A DNA stretch of 64,000 nucleotides from Okamejei kenojei (lineage: Eukaryota). How positions within the stretch are numbered: position 1 is the stretch's first letter; every line of letters starts with the position of its first letter. The stretch lies in contig CM069132.1 of assembly GCA_035221665.1 (NCBI GenBank), positions 97,960,001-98,024,000 of the forward strand, in the 5' to 3' direction. The position numbers and the translations under genes were made by a program. The notes below the pieces were generated by a model. It worked only from the letters and a program-made list of their open reading frames with translations, was not told the DNA's origin and did no database searches. Of the stretch, positions 1 through 15,240 are shown piece by piece.

Positions 1-260
1 ACGACCTACCACAACTAAACCAACGAGTAAAAAAGTATCAATTTTTTCCATGGCGACTTTTTTTACTCGCGGGCATTTTTCACCATGTTGAAAAAGACGC
101 CGCGACCTAGCTGAGGCCTCGAGTGCATGGGGACTACTCTCGAGCATGAAGGAGAGTTACAAAGACCTCCTACGACCTCGTGTCTACCACGCTGTGAGTA
201 GGAGTCGAGGGCAAACTCGCCAGAACTCGCAGATTAGGTCGCCCAAGTGGGACAGCCCCT
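1..260. mobile_element. Right end of a non-autonomous TIR DNA transposon (PIF/Harbinger-like MITE), truncated by the window edge
   Basis: CpG-rich block ending …ggtcgcccaagtgggacagcccct followed by TTA (Harbinger-type target), inserted in a Penelope-terminus remnant (ttactccagcactttgtg). The left TIR is outside the window. Confidence 0.5.
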
Positions 261-1554
261 TTACTCCAGCACTTTGTGTTTTTTTTGTAAATCAACATCA
301 GCAGTTCCTCGTGTCTACGTTTAAACACAGATGTTGGGTTTATGCCTATAGTTTAATTTCTTTATGAATTAGATCTACCAACAAAAGCAAAAGGGATAAA
401 GTATTTGACAAATAAATAGATTAAGTATACAGCCTCTTTGGTCATTTGCACACAGACTTCACAGTACCTCTGTAGAGGTAGGACAAAGAGACACTTGTTC
501 AAAGTTGCAAAATGACAGATGAGATGTGCAAACTGCAGATTGCCAAGGAGACTGTACATGATAGTCTTATAGCTATAAAACAGCCATGAGATAATTAGCT
601 GGAATTGTGATAACTTGCTATTCTGTTTCATCTATCAATAAAAAGTACAACCACCTGAGGATATTTCCTTTTGTTCTGGGTACCAAGGATCACCTGGATG
701 GAACTTGCAGAGCAAATTGAGCAGAAAGCATTGAATGTGGATAAGAGAGGCTGTTTGATTTCACTCCGCGTATTACACCGTATTACACTTTGCACTTCAG
801 GTAATGTGAAGAAAATTAGCTCCTGTAGTGTTCACATTGCAGCATACATCTATCGCAATTCTTCAATTGCAGCTCATTCAGATTGTTCACACAGAAGGTT
901 ATATTTGAAAAACTTGCTGCATAAATCAAAAAGCCTAGCTGCCGTGCTGGATCTGACACGAGTCCAACTATTTTTCTTTATCATCATGATATTGTTGTAA
1001 TCCTTGTAAAAACGTGATGAACATTCCTAATCCATTCATAAATTTTGATCTGATAGCCACAGCAACATAGTTATTGTTTTATGAAAAATATTTGATTTTC
1101 ACCATGTCAAGTATCCAATCATTGCACCCAGTTTCATACTATAGTTTATTGCTTTCTTCTCAATTTGAGAGCATTGTGGCCAATTATTTCTATTACTTAC
1201 CTGACAGAGTATTCTGACTGAGCATTCTCTTCTGTACTTTATTGCTTCCTTGGGATTGATATATTGAAATCTAGTTTGGCAATCATGCACTGTTCTACGT
1301 GTAATCTTTTCACCCTATCAATTGTATTTATACCTGTAGTTTAGTTTAGTTTAGAGATACTGTGTGAAAACAGGCCCTTCGGCCCACCTACTCCATGCCG
1401 ACCTATGATCACCCGTACACTAGTTCAATCCGACACAATAACAGCTAAAAATATTTTAGTGACACCATGAATCGTTTTATGTAACTCAGGAAAATATTTA
1501 CTTTGATGGTTTCCTTGAAAATCCTCTCACTTACCTTCTTAGGGTTTCTAAGAA

Positions 1555-1995
1555 CAAATATTGCAAGGACTCGAGGGTCTGAGGTATAGAGAGAGGTTGA
1601 GCAGGCTGGGACTCTATTCCTTGGAGAGCAGGAGGATTAGTGATGTTATAAAGGTGTATAGAACCATGGGAGTAATTGATCGGGTAGACGCACAGAGTCT
1701 CTTGCCCAGAGTAGGGGAATCGAGAACCAGAGGACAAAGGTTTAAGGTGAAGGGGGAAAGATTTAATTGGAATCTAAGAGTTTTCACACAAAGGGTGGTG
1801 GATGTATGAACGAGTTGCCAGATGAGGTAGTTGAGGCAGGGACTATCCCAACGTTTAAGAAACAATTAAACAGGTACATCGATAGGGATATGGTCAAAAC
1901 GCAGACAGGTGGGACTAGTGTAGATGGGACATGTTGGTCGGTGTGGGAAAGCTGGGCCAAAGGGCCTATTTCCACAATGTATCACTCTATGACTA
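1555..1995 (+). mobile_element. CR1 LINE 3' fragment
   Basis: ORF GLRYRERLSRLGLYSLE…RTRGQRFKVKGERF…FTQRVV is typical of the CR1 ORF2 C-terminus; short-repeat tail. Confidence 0.9.
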
Positions 1996-3964
1996 TAACA
2001 AAAGAAATAGAAGCAGGAACTATGTCCCAGGTCCTGCTTGAATACATTTACTTGGTTGCTAACTAGATTTCCAAATGGATATTCTTCTTGTGTGAACCTT
2101 TTTAGAAATTGCAGGCAAACAAGATATTTCAGCAGAGTTCTGAATCATTCTACATGTTTACATCCATGCACGTCCTGCCGAAGTCTACCATTTGCTGCAA
2201 AAAGCAACTGTTTGAGGAATTTAGCAGATCAGGCAGCATCTATGGTGGCAAAGGGATGGCCAACTTTTGGGTTGAAACCCTGCATCAAGACTGCATTGGA
2301 TCAGTTATTTTGCTGCAGATTGCAGCATCTGTAGTCTCTTGTGTCTCTCCATATTAGTGCTCCACGGTGAAGCCTCTTCCAGGTTGGCCCATTTTGAAGC
2401 ATCCTCTGTCCGAGGTCTGTGAGTCTCTCTCTAACGTTGTTACTGCTCTGTTATTTCTTTTGATCTTTGCTGCCTGACCATGTTCTTACTATGGGTACCA
2501 TAGCCCTGTGTCCTGCCTCAGTACTTGTCTTTGCCACCAACCTGTACAGCATGGCTTCCAGCTTTAGGGGTACTAATGCAAGATTTCAACCTGAAATTGT
2601 GTGTATCCCTCTGCCTGCACAGATGTTACCTGCCTCACCGAGTTCCTCCTGAGGTTTGTTTTTTGTTCCAGATCACAACATCTCTTGTGTTTTGGAGTCT
2701 GTTGCTTGAGTGTGACCAGGGGCAGGCAGCCTGTCTGTTTTTTTTTTAAACAGGAGAGCACTGAATCTCAATGTCGCATCGTTCTCACTTTCCTAATTTA
2801 GCAAGTATCAGGGAACAATTCCTGGATCTTTCTAAATTAAAATTATAAAATGCAGGAAATATTCTGCAGCTCAGGCAGCATCTGTGGAGTGTGAACAATG
2901 AACATTACAGGCAATGACCTTTTTAAAAAAAATCAAAACTGGAACTTTTCTGGTCTAGTAACTTACTAATATACCCCATTGAGTGTTTAATGGCTAATTC
3001 AATGTCTCAGCTAATCCTATATACACTAATAGTATTACTAATGTAGCAACTGTTTGCAAAATTATTCTATATACACTCTTAAATAAAACCTAGAAAAGTG
3101 CCTGCCATGGGGTCCAAATTGTTATTAGAGCCCTGCCATAATTTATGGCATTCCCAGCTTGTTTCCCATGGTAAGCCTTCAGTGTGTTCAGCGTGAAGCC
3201 AAACCAACTCACTCTGCTTACATTTAAAAAAAATCACTATCGACCGTTCTGTAACCAATAAAAGCTTTTTAGAAAATTCATTGCAGAAAGTTAAAATTCT
3301 ACTTAAAACACAAATGTCAGCTGTATTTCCTTTCATTACAGGAAACAATTGCCCCATCGAATCCACGGCATTCCTCCAATCCACCAATTGCACCAACCTC
3401 CGACGCTAGATTTGGATTGCTTTCTCTGGAATATTGGAGGTTGAGGGGAAGGTTGCTAGAAATATATAAATAATGAGTGTCATAGACCTTAGTTATTAGA
3501 CAAAATCTTTTTCCCCCAGGGTGGAAATGTTCAACGAGAGGGCATGGCTTATAGGGGCAGAGTTTAATGGTGATGTGTGGGGCAAGTTTTTTTTTTACAC
3601 AGATTGGTGGGGGCCTGGAATGCACTGCCAGGGGGGGTGGGTGGTGGAAACAGAAAAAATAGTGGCGTTTAGGAGCAATTTTAACAAGCTCATCCCCCCA
3701 CTTATTTCCCTGGAACCTATTCTCTCTCTCATGCCCATTAACTCTCCCAGCCAGTTCTCCTGCCACCCACCCTGACTTGGGGGAACATATAGTGGCCAAT
3801 GAACTTACCCAAACAGTTCACCTTTGGGAAGTGGGGAGGAAACGAATCGTCCAGGGACCGCATGCAACCTTTGGACAGACAGCACCAGAGTTTTGGATCA
3901 AACCCCGATTGCTGGCGCTGTGAGGCAGTAGCACTACCTGCCGCACTGCTGAGATGTGCTGCTG

Positions 3965-4487
3965 GTTCATGCAATTCTGGTATCCCCCACTACAGGAAAG
4001 ATGTGCGGTTTTGGAGAGGGTACAGAGGAGCTTTGCCAGAATGTTGCCTGGATTGGAGGATTTCAACTACTGGGAGAGGTTAGATAGACTTGGATTGTTT
4101 TCTCTGGAATGTCGAAGATTGATGGAAAGATATACATTTTGAGAGGCCTAGATAGACAGTGAGAACCTTTTTTACCAGGGTGGAAAAGTTTAACTCTAGA
4201 GTGCAAGGGTATACTGAGAGAGGGGGAAAGTTTAATGGAGGTGTGGCACAAGTATTTTTTATGCAGTGTGTGGTGGGGGCCTGGAACGCATTGCCTGGGA
4301 TAGTGGTGGAGGCAGATATGATAGTGACGTTTATGAGGTTTTTAGATAGCACATGGAAGTGCAGAGAATATAGGGATATGGATCATGTACAGGCAAATGA
4401 GATCAGATTAATTTAATAGCATGTTCGACACAAACATTGTGCGCTGAAAGGCCCGTTCCAGTGCTGTACTGTTCTATGTTCTATGAA
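3965..4487 (+). mobile_element. CR1 LINE 3' fragment
   Basis: LERVQRSFARMLPGLEDFNYWERLDRLGLFSLE; (TTCTATG)n tail at about 4471-4485. Confidence 0.88.
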
Positions 4488-7199
4488 ACCTCTTAACATT
4501 TTAATGTTAAATGCAGCTGTGAAGCTCTATATATAATTGTTATTTAATGTTTGATTTAGTCTAACAGTGAAATTATATGGCTGTTAGATAATGAATGCCT
4601 GTTATTTTTACTGTTGGATCTAGTTATTATTTCAACAATAATGAATGGGGATGCACACTGAACGTAATTATAAAGTTGCGGTGAGTCCATTTTATTTGCT
4701 CTAGCCAGTAGCACATAACTGCTATTATAACAAGACAGTCCTCCAAGCTGAGGTCATGACTCCAGGAATTCAGGAAGCCTATTTAGTTAGCATCTTGAGA
4801 TAAGAGCTTATTTCATTACGAATAATATTGTAGAAAAATAATTTAAAAGTAGAATTACTAACAACATGTATGGTGAAATCAGATGTTGGAAGAATAGGGT
4901 ATTTTGTGAATATTAACTCAATTAAACTATTCAAAAGGGAATTAAATAAATTCCACTGCAGCGGGGAGCAGAGGAATGATGGTGCACATGTTTACTGTAC
5001 ATTTAGGAAGCCAAAGCCTCTTCAGCAGCTGGTCATAAGCTCACAACCTAAGCTGGCGAGGATTGGTTTTAAGTGAGAGAGGAATGATTTAATAGGAATC
5101 TGAGGGGCACCATTTTCACTCATAGGGTGGTGGGTAAGCGGAACGGGCTGCCAGAATGAGTGGTTGAGGCTGGTGCAAAAACAAAATTGAAAAGACACTT
5201 GGACAAGTACATGGATAGTAAAAGTTGAGGAGAATATAGACCAAATCTAGACCACAAAAGTGCGAAAATGGGACTTGCTTAGATGGGACAATCTTGTTTG
5301 ACGTGGATGAGTTGGGCTGAAGGGCCTCTTTCCGTTCTACATGACTATGACTCTTTGACTCTAACTTCTATCAACTAAAATGACAAAGTTAACCCAGGGA
5401 TGCCATCTATTGCACATTTTCTTCCAGGTTATGCAAGAGTTTAGATTTGAAAATGTATTGCCATCTCTTTGTCACTCAGTCCAAATACATGAATTCCTTA
5501 GCTAATGACACTGGGATCACCTTCATGCCAAGCAGTCCTTGAGGACAACTTTGGTATTTTCCCAATTGGTCAACTGTAATTTGCCCTCGTTGAAGAAGGA
5601 GTGGATGAGAAAGCGAAATAACACAGAACTAGTATGAACAGGTGATGGATGTCCGATGTGGACTCAGTGGGCGAAAGGGCCTGCTTCCATTCTGCATCTC
5701 TAAGCTAAACTGAACTGAATAATAACATACAAATATCAGATGACTGAATCGGGCCAAATTTGCGTGTTGGTGAAACTTTAGAACTTAAGAAATAGAACTA
5801 AAGAAGGCCATTGGCCTCTTATACCGGCTGCTCTATTTAATGTTCCTCTGCCATAGTGAAATTTTAAGGTGTCATTTGGCCTATTATATACTTGCTGTAC
5901 AGAGAGTCTTTATTTGTACATGTTCTTCCCGTTTCATCTTAAATCATTTTAAACATTTCTATTAACACCTGTCAATATAAACAATAAAGCAAATGATTTA
6001 AAACATCTATCAAATTGATAGTGCATAGTTAAGTTTGATAAACGTACAAATTAGTGTACAAGAACAGAACAGAAAGTTAAAAAAAAAATTCTGTTGCATA
6101 AAAACAGTTTTCCACGTTTTCAGAGGCATAGCTTCACAAATATTCAAGTTATCCCACAAACCCCCTGATAGCTTTATGAATCAGTGTTGAAAAATTATAG
6201 CTTTAATTTCTGAAGCACCCAAGCTATTTGAACTTCATTATTATGCACCCTGCTGTGTAATCTATGTTCCTTAATGTCTTTATATTTATACAATCATTAT
6301 TTCTCTACTGGTTAAGTTACATTTCACTTGAGAAATATGGCTATAAATGTCAAAACATGATATTTTGGATTAAACTAATCAGACAAGCTCCAAACTAAGA
6401 TAAAAGCTAATCATGGTTCTAAAAAATGTATTTCAGCATTCTGTAATTATTTATTGGGGATAAACCTCTCCCTCGACCTGGGGCACTATCATTGCATCAG
6501 CTCATGAAGAAAGAAAACAAATGAAATATTAATAGTGTTCTTTGAACCTCGGTAATAAATCCATAATTAGCCGTTTGTTAATATATGTAGCTTATATTTG
6601 AAGTGCGGTACAGATATTCATGAATTTACAAGTTTTAATTATTATTATAATATATTGACCAGGCAGTAAATGGGGAATACAGTCCAAATTAAACCTCAAC
6701 TGTGCTAGCAGAAGAAAATTATTCGTTAAAACTGTGGGCAGAAAAGGAATGTCAATTATACATTGCAATGAAGTGAATATTTCTGCACACTGTTTGACAA
6801 GTATTACCATATCAGCAAGCATTATCACAGTTTCACAAAAATCTTGTGAGTATGAGCTTAGTTTCAATAACATTGAAAGTAATGGCAAATCTTGAAGCCT
6901 CGTGCTCTGGCCACTATCTCACCACTACCCCTCTCCTCGTTATACTGCCGTTTTTCCCTCTCCACTCTCAATCCCGATGCAGGGTTTCAACCCAAAAGGT
7001 GGGCAATTACTTTACTCACTAAGATGCCACATGACCCGCTGATTTCCTCCAGCAGATTGTTGCATAGAATGATGGAATTGATGTGGCACAGAAGGAGCCC
7101 CACTGGCTTTATGTCAGTACCTAACAGAGCAATCCCAGCAGTCCCATTTCCTTGCACTTTCCAAGAGCCCCATTTCCCTTATAGACAAAGAGTGAGAAC

Positions 7200-7635
7200 A
7201 TAGAATATTACAACTCAGGGACAGGCCATTCGACCCTCAATGTCTGTGCTGAACACAATACCAAGATAAACTAATCTCATCTGCCTGGACGTGATCCATA
7301 TGCCTCCATTCCCTGCAAAAACTCCATAAATGCCCCTATTATATGTGCCTCCACCACCCACCACTCTCTGTGTAAATAAAAACTTGACTCGCATATCTAC
7401 TTTAAAGTTTAAAGCTATGCTCCCTCCCACCATAAAGCTATGCCTTCTAGTCTTTGACATTTCCACCCTGGGGAAAAAGGTTCTGACTATCAATCTCTGC
7501 TTCTTATAATTTTATATACTTCTATCAGGTCTCCCCTCAACTGTCCGTGGTCTAACATCTGTCCACCTTCTCTTTGTAGCTAATACCCCCAAATCCAGGC
7601 AGCATTCTGGGAAACCTCTTCTGCACCCTCTCCAG
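7200..7635 (-). mobile_element. CR1 LINE 3' fragment
   Basis: FFPRVEMSKTRRHSF…FTQRVV on the minus strand; tail agaacatagaa. Confidence 0.8.
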
Positions 7636-8869
7636 TGTGGAGTCTGTGAGTTCTCCCTGCAAGCACTTGGATCTCCTTGGGTGCTCCAGTCTCCTTCCAC
7701 ATCCCACAGGTTGCTAGCTAAATGTCAACAGTAAATTGCCCCTGGTATAGATGGTTGCTAGGAGAATCAGAGGGGTGGCAAAGGAATGTGAATAAGAATG
7801 GGTGACAGGGAAAGGAATGGTGAATAGGATTGTTGGGATTGTTCTGAGAGCTGTCATGGATTTGATGGTCCTGCTTCTAGGAAATATGAGAACAATGAGA
7901 TTTCTTCATAATCTTCTTTGCTGCATAGAAAAAAATCAATTCAAACCAACCTTATAACTCAGATAAAGAAAGTAAATTAGAGGAATTCAATCAAGGGTGT
8001 AAGATTGGGGAATGTTTCCGTGATGAAGAGGGTCAAGGGCATTTTTTAAATGAAGGGGAATTGAAGATTAATGATCTTCTGTTTACAGAATTTTCCTTTT
8101 GTCAAGTGCCGCACGAGTAAATTAGTTCTAACTTTCTGTTCCTTGCTTTGCCTAAAAAATATATTGCTAGTTAATGTTCGAGGCAGAGATAATGAAGTGA
8201 TGAATCATTTTTATTGCACTGTATTAAACATTGTTTAAGTGAGGTTTTATCTCATTATGCTGCAATTTTAATCTTTGTGTCGGGCAGGACTATTAAGATG
8301 ATAGTTAAAGACTTACAAGAAATCAAAAGGATAATGATGGCTTATTACATGTTGAAGTGCAATGTATGGATTCAACAGTTACAGGCAAATAAATATTTCT
8401 ATCCTCACCTGAGGGAATAAATATCTAGGTGTATTCCAAATAAATGTGTCAATGTGAATTTTACTGTATGCCTCCCTGAAGTATATTTACAGAGAAGAGA
8501 TTTAATTAAAATATATTTGCATTATGATCATACATCTGGTGTGATTGGCAAAAATAAATCCTTTATTAATACGCTCAAATCTGAACACTTCTCTACATTT
8601 ATTACCATATTTAAGGAACGATAAAGAAATTTAATGTGATTGCCAAAAATACAAGGATTGTGTTAGCTGATGTATAATGACAGAAATGTGGGAGGAAAGT
8701 GCAGAATATATCGATTTTACAAGTTTCATTATAACTTGACACTAAATTTCTTGAATACAATTAGTAGAAGTAATCCTAATATTGAGTACAAGAGTCCATA
8801 AATGGTTTAACATTGAGAATGCTCATCGATAAGAAGCTGAAGCTGAAGAACCATGGAATTCTCAATGGC

Positions 8870-10047
8870 TCACAAGATCATAAGTGACAGGAGTAGAATG
8901 AGGTCATTCAGCCCATCAAGTCTACAACACCAATAAATCATGGCTGATCCATCTCTCCATCCTATCCCATTCTCCTGCCTTCTCCTCATAACCCCTGACA
9001 CCCATACCAATCAAGAATCTATGATTCACAACTCTCTGGGTGGAAATGTTTTTCCTCATCTCCGTTCTAAACGACCCCTTATTTTGAAACTGTGGCCCCT
9101 GGTTATGGACTGCCCGAACATCGGGAACACGTTTCCTGCCTCTAGCGTGTCCAATCCCTTAATAATCTTATACGTTTCAATAAGACCCCTCTCATCCTTC
9201 TAAATTCCCGTGTACACAAACCCAGTCACTCCATTCTTTCAATATATATGAGAGTCGCGCCATACCGGGAATTAACCTCGTGAACCTACGCTGCAATCAC
9301 TCAATAGCAAGAATGTCCTTCCTCAAATTTGGACACGAAAACTGCACACAATACTCTAGGTGTGGTCTCACTAGGGCCTTGTACAACTGTAGAAGGACCT
9401 CTATGCTCCTATACTCAACTCCTCTTGTTGTGAAGGGCAACATTACATTAGCTTTCTTCGCTGCCTGCTGTACCTGCATGTTTACTTTCAGTGACACCTA
9501 GATCCCGTTGTACTTCTCCTTTTCCTGACTTGACACCATTCAGTTGATAATCTGCCTTCCTGTTCTCGCCACCAAAGTGGATAACCTCACATTTATCCAC
9601 ATTAAACTGCATCTCCCATGCATCTGCCCAATCACTTAACTTCACCCTGCATCCTCATAACATCCTCCTCACAGTTCACACTGCCACCCAGTTTTGTGTC
9701 ATGTGCAAATGTATTTTTATTTTATAGATGTATTTTTATCAATTGTAAATAGCTGCAGTCCCAGCACCAAGCCTTGCGGTACCCCACTAGTCACTTCCTG
9801 CCATTCTGAAAGGGACCCGTTAATCCCTACTCTTTGTTTCCTGTCTGCCAACCAATTTTCTATCCATGTCGACCCTACCCCCAATACCATGTGCTCTAAT
9901 TTTGCCCACTAATTCCTATGTGGGACCTTATCAAATGCTTTCTGATAGTCCAGGTATACTACATCCATTGGCTCTCCCTTGTCCATTTTCCTAGTTACAT
10001 CCTCAAAAAATTCCAGAAGATTAGTCAAGCATGATTTCCCCTTCATA
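8870..10047 (-). mobile_element. CR1 LINE fragment (RT region to 3' end, internally deleted)
   Basis: QQAAKKANVML…LYKALVRPHLEYCVQF and MQFNVDKCEVIHFG on the minus strand. Confidence 0.92.
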
Positions 10048-10321
10048 AAAAAGTACACATTCCATAAGATACATAAAGACATTGTTATCTTAGATTGTAT
10101 CTAAAAGCATCTTTGTTTATGTTTGTGCTATTTAAAATATATACTGTATGAATACTTTGTTGTTCACCAGTGGAAATACCTCATTATTTACCTTATTATA
10201 ACTTTGAAAACTTCTATCTCCCTACACTGAAATATCTCAACATAAATCTCATTGTAGTGCATCATTCATTCTGTGAAACATTTTGGTGAAGTTTCAATCC
10301 ATGTCCTATTGAGGGGTTATA

Positions 10322-10725
10322 AAGTCATAGAGTCATACAGCATGGAAACAGGCCCTTTGGCACAACTTGCCCACACCAACCAACATGTCCCATCTACACT
10401 AGTTCCAGCTGTCTGTGTTTGGCCTATATCCCTATATACCCGTCGTGTCTATGTACCTGTCCAATTGTTTCTTAAATGTTGTGATAGTCCCTGCCTCAAC
10501 TACCTCCTTTGGCATCTCGTTCCATGCACCCACCCTTTGTGTGAAAATGTTACCCCTCAGATTCCTATTCAATCTTTCCCCCTTCACCTTAAACCTATGT
10601 CCTCTGGTTATTGATTCCCTTACTCTCGGCAAGAGACTCTGTGTGTCTACCCAATGTGTGAAAATGTTACCCCTCAGATTCCCATCAAATCTTTTTCGCC
10701 TTCACCTTAAACCGTCAACCTATGT
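10322..10725 (-). mobile_element. CR1 LINE 3' fragment with a local ~70 bp duplication at its 5' junction
   Basis: PRVRESITRGHRFKVKGERLNRNLRGNIFTQRV; tgtgtgaaaatgttacccctcagattcc occurs at about 10538 and again at about 10655. Confidence 0.85.
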
Positions 10726-10771
10726 CAAACCTATGTTCAAAATTAAAATCTTTAGCAAGTTTAATTTTTTT

Positions 10772-11040
10772 TAGTTTAGAGATACAGAGCGGAAATAGGC
10801 CCACCAAGTCCACACGTTAACACACTATCCTACACACACGGGGACAATTTACTCGTAAACCAAGTGAATTAACCTACTGTACCTGTACATCTGGAGGAAA
10901 CCAAAGAATTTGGAGAAAACCCACGCGGTCAAGGGGAGAACTTACAAACTCCGTATAGACTGCACCCATAGTCGGGATCGAACCCGGGTCTACGGCACTG
11001 CAAGTCAGCAGCTCTACCTCTGCACAACCGTGGCCACCCT
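10772..11040 (-). mobile_element. tRNA-derived V-SINE (HE1-like)
   Basis: tRNA-like head with B-box (ggttcgatcc on the minus strand), V-domain-like core, CR1-like tail ending (TAAAC)n. Confidence 0.8.
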
Positions 11041-11469
11041 TAATGTTCATGGTAACCTAGCTTTTGTATTCATTGGCTTTAAATTGGACAGTGGGATTAT
11101 CTACTTCAGATCTGGCCTTTTAAAAGCTTATGAATTGAATGTTAAGATCACAGTACTCTCCTACTCAATTTGATAACATATTCACTTAGAATGTTTGTTT
11201 AGAATATATTTTGATACTTCATCTTTCCTATGCAGTAATATGATGATTTATTTTTCAAACAAATATATCCTTTTATCCGTATGGGTGTCAGGGGTTATGG
11301 GGAGAAAGCAGGAAAATTGGGTTAGGAGGGAGTGATAGATCAACCATGATTGAATGGTGGAGTAGACGTGATGGGCCGAATAGCCTGATTCTGCTCCAAT
11401 CACTAATGATACAGGATTGATTAATTGATGATCTACCTTGCACATCAATACCAACGTTCAATGAGCTTA

Positions 11470-11907
<438 letters not shown>

Positions 11908-11924
11908 TCATTAACCTGGCAACA

Positions 11925-13270
11925 CCTGTACCCTATACCTCCCCCTCGACACATAATCCTCCAACATTTTCGCCACCACCAACGGGATCCCACTACTAGC
12001 CACATCTGCATTCCGCAAAGACCGTTCCCTCCGCAACTCCCTGGTCAACCCGTCCCTTCCCACCCAAACCACCCCCTCCCCAGTCACTTTTCCTAGCATC
12101 ACCTTGTCCCTATACCTACCCCCTCAACTCCGTCCAAGGAACCTGGCAGTTTTTTCAGGTGAGACAGAGGTTCACTTGCACCTCCTACAGTCTCATCTCC
12201 TGTATCCGCTGTTCCAGGAGTGGACTCCTGTATACCGGCGAGACCAAGTGCAGGCTTGGTGATCGTTTCACTGAACACCTCAGCTCAGTTCACCTAAACC
12301 TACCTGATCTCCTGGTTGCTGAACACTTTAACTCCCCCTCCCATTCCCACACTGACCTATCCGTCCTGGGCCTCCTCCATTGTCAGAGTGCGGCCTAGCG
12401 CAAATTGGAGGAACAACACCTCATATTTCGCTTGGGCAGCTTACAACCCAGTGATATGAATAATGACTTCTCTAACTTCAGTAACCTTTGTCTTCCCTCT
12501 CTCTCTATCCCTCCCCCCATCTCAGTTCTCAGACTAGTCTGATTGTCCTCATTTACATTTTATCTCTGTTTGTTTTGTTGTTACCTTCTCCTAGCTAACA
12601 ATGATCTATTCTACAATTTCCTTGATCTCCATTGATCTCCATTGATCTCCGAGGCTTCGGCCGTGAGCCCTGTGGGCGAGGTAACATCGGGAGCTCGCAG
12701 GTCCCTCCCTGGTTGGTGGCCGATTCTCGGGAGCTCCCACAACAGCAGCTTCGTCCGCTGGACTGGAGGGTAGCAGCTTTGTCTGCCCGTTCGCGGAGCT
12801 TAAAAATCGGCCGCGGGATTTACCATCACCCGGCGGGGGCTTCAACATCCCTCGACGCCTCAACGCAGGGGGAGAACAAGCAAGGAAGAGATAAGATTTT
12901 TTGTCTTCCATCACAGTGAGGAGGTGCCTGGAGATTCACTATGATGGATGTTTGTGTTAAATTGTGCTCATTGTGTGTTTTGTTGCTTTTTTTCTGTCAT
13001 GACTGCATGGTACAAAATTTTGTTCGAACTTAGGTTTGAATGACAATAAAGGAAATTCAATTCAATCATTTCATCCCCTTTGTCTCGTTTTCACACCTTA
13101 CATTTCCTTATATCTGTATGTTCCTCTCCCCTGATTCAGTCTGAAGAAGGGTCTTGACCCGAAATGTCCCCCATTCCTTCTATCCAGAGATGCTGCCTGC
13201 CCTGCTGTTACTCCAGCATTTTGTGTCTATCTTTGGTTTAAACCAGCACCTGCACAACCTTCCTACAACT
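11925..13270 (+). mobile_element. Penelope-like retroelement 3' fragment (GIY-YIG endonuclease plus terminal repeat), interrupted at about 12646-13066
   Basis: RQRFTCTSYSLISCIRCSRSGLLYTGETKCRLGDRFTEH is a degenerate GIY-YIG; terminal motif ctgaagaagggtcttgacccgaaa at about 13141. Confidence 0.88.
12646..13066 (+). mobile_element. GC-rich non-coding retroposon fragment nested in the Penelope element
   Basis: CpG-rich body, hairpin tccatcacagtga…tcactatgatgga, AATAAA, then (ATTCA)n tail. Related 3' ends lie at about 25930-26045 (minus) and 54120-54275 (plus). Confidence 0.6.
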
Positions 13271-14072
13271 TTGCATGGTAAATAAACAGCTGATTAATGT
13301 AGAAACAAGGAACTGCAGAAGTTGGTTTACACAAAGGGACACAAAGCACTGGAGTTACACAGTGGGTCAGACTGTATATCTGAACAACATCGATAGGTGA
13401 CAATTCGGGTCAAGACCCTTCTTCAGAGTATGATTTAATGTGATTTAATCAAAGTTTGAATCAATTTAAGAATTGCCCGAGATGTGGTTACTGATCCAAA
13501 AATAGAACAGAGAACTGAATGAACCAAATGTCTGACTGACCAAATGTTTGATCAGTTTCACCCATCTCAAATTCTCTGAATGGACATAAATAATTGGGAA
13601 ATATATACCGCTCCAACCTAGAAACACAGTTAGTGCTTTGGTTTTATTCTTTAAAAAACGTTTTCATGGCTTTGTTGTGACTCTGGTTGTGAGAGTTATG
13701 GGAAAGGCATCTAAATGTGCCATCGCCACTATGTGCCATCACTGGAACCTCTGCTGGGAAAATATAGATTCTTAATTTCCAAGAGTTGAAATGATACTAA
13801 AATCATTGCAAGCAAGATTTTCATTGTACCTGTACTTCACTGTACTTGTGCATATCAATAAACTCAATTTGCCTTTGACTTGAACTTTGGGAAAAGTGGC
13901 TGTGATGTTGATGATTGAATTGATATGTAAATCATTTGCAGTGAATGGCAGGGTGAGATGAGGAGATTATCATTCCTTTTGCAACTGGTAAGAGAAGATA
14001 TTGTTTCTCTCAAAAAGGATACGGATGAAGGATAAAATTCTGCCATTTTGAACAAAATATAAGCAAATCAGA

Positions 14073-14338
14073 TGTGTAGGAAAGAACTGCAGACTGAAAC
14101 ATAGAAAATAGGTGCAGGAGGAGGCCATTCGGTCTTTGGAGCCAGCACCGCCATTCATTGTGATCATGTTAGATGCTGGTTTAAATCGATGATAGACATA
14201 AAATGCTGGAATAACTCATTGGGACAGGCAGCATCTTTGGAGAGAAGTCTGAAGAAGGATCTCGACCCAAAATGTCACCATTCTCTCCAGAGATGCTGCC
14301 TGTCCCGCTGAGTTACACCAGCATTTTGTCTATCTTAG
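14073..14338. mobile_element. Fold-back Penelope-terminus mini-element with a nested CR1 3' stub
   Basis: TSD gcaaatcaga at 14063-14072 and 14339-14348; CR1 tail fragment at about 14095-14168 inside; hammerhead-like motif at about 14249. Confidence 0.75.
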
Positions 14339-15240
14339 GCAAATCAGACGATCAGTTTACTGATGGATAGTAAAATATATTGTACTCATTCCATACTACG
14401 TTTGTGTATTAGACTCTTTAACTGAGGAAAACTGTTTTAATTTGAAATAATGTAATTATTTGAATTGTTGGCTTAAACAACATGATTATTTTTATGCTTG
14501 AGATAGCCCTTTAAAAGAATACTCTAACTTCTGTTGATGGTGTATTTCCAGTTGCAAATGCCGATGACGCAAGCCGATGCCTTTCGATGCTTCATTGCAA
14601 AGATTAAGTTGCAAATATGATAATGTTTTTAATTTCCTGTTTTAATCTTTCCATTTCTATAGAACAGAATGGCGAATTAACATGCCATTCGTTATGTTAG
14701 ACGCTTAAAATGTCCATGTCTATCAAATCTGATTCAACTAATGATAATTACTGTTCTCAATCAATGTTTAGTTGGGAGTCCCATACATTTTTTTACCCTA
14801 ACCTTGTCTCTGTCAATTAATGACAGTAGTTGCAAATGATGGATTGCGACTGGTGATCAACCATTAAAATAGCTTTGGGATTGAGAAATGGGCCCATGAC
14901 CATTCAACCATTAAGAAAGAGGAACAACCAACAGTAAAATTAATGAAGGCAAAGAGAATTATGATTTTTTTTGGAAAAACTTAACTGTTAAGTTTACAGG
15001 TACAAAATGCCAAATGAGTGTATAACAAGAGAAATATTACAATGAATTCAAAACTTCCACTGTTTTTGGAGAGGTTCTGTTCTTTATATCTGCACATTCT
15101 TATTTAGAGTTTAATTTATTATATTAAAGTCCAAATAAGAATTTAAAGAACCTAACTAAATTTGTGACCTTTCTGCCAAATGTCTATTGGAGCTATAGTG
15201 GCAATAAGTGGCAGGGAACATATAACTGGCAGGGAGCTAT

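Noticed and set aside
3079-3396. Minus-strand ORF with WRNAV…GNTADIC, faintly like the Caspr2 WNAAS…GETSADIS exon
   Set aside because: It lies on the wrong side of the confirmed exons, the spacing does not match and there is no FYFKT motif; chance similarity.
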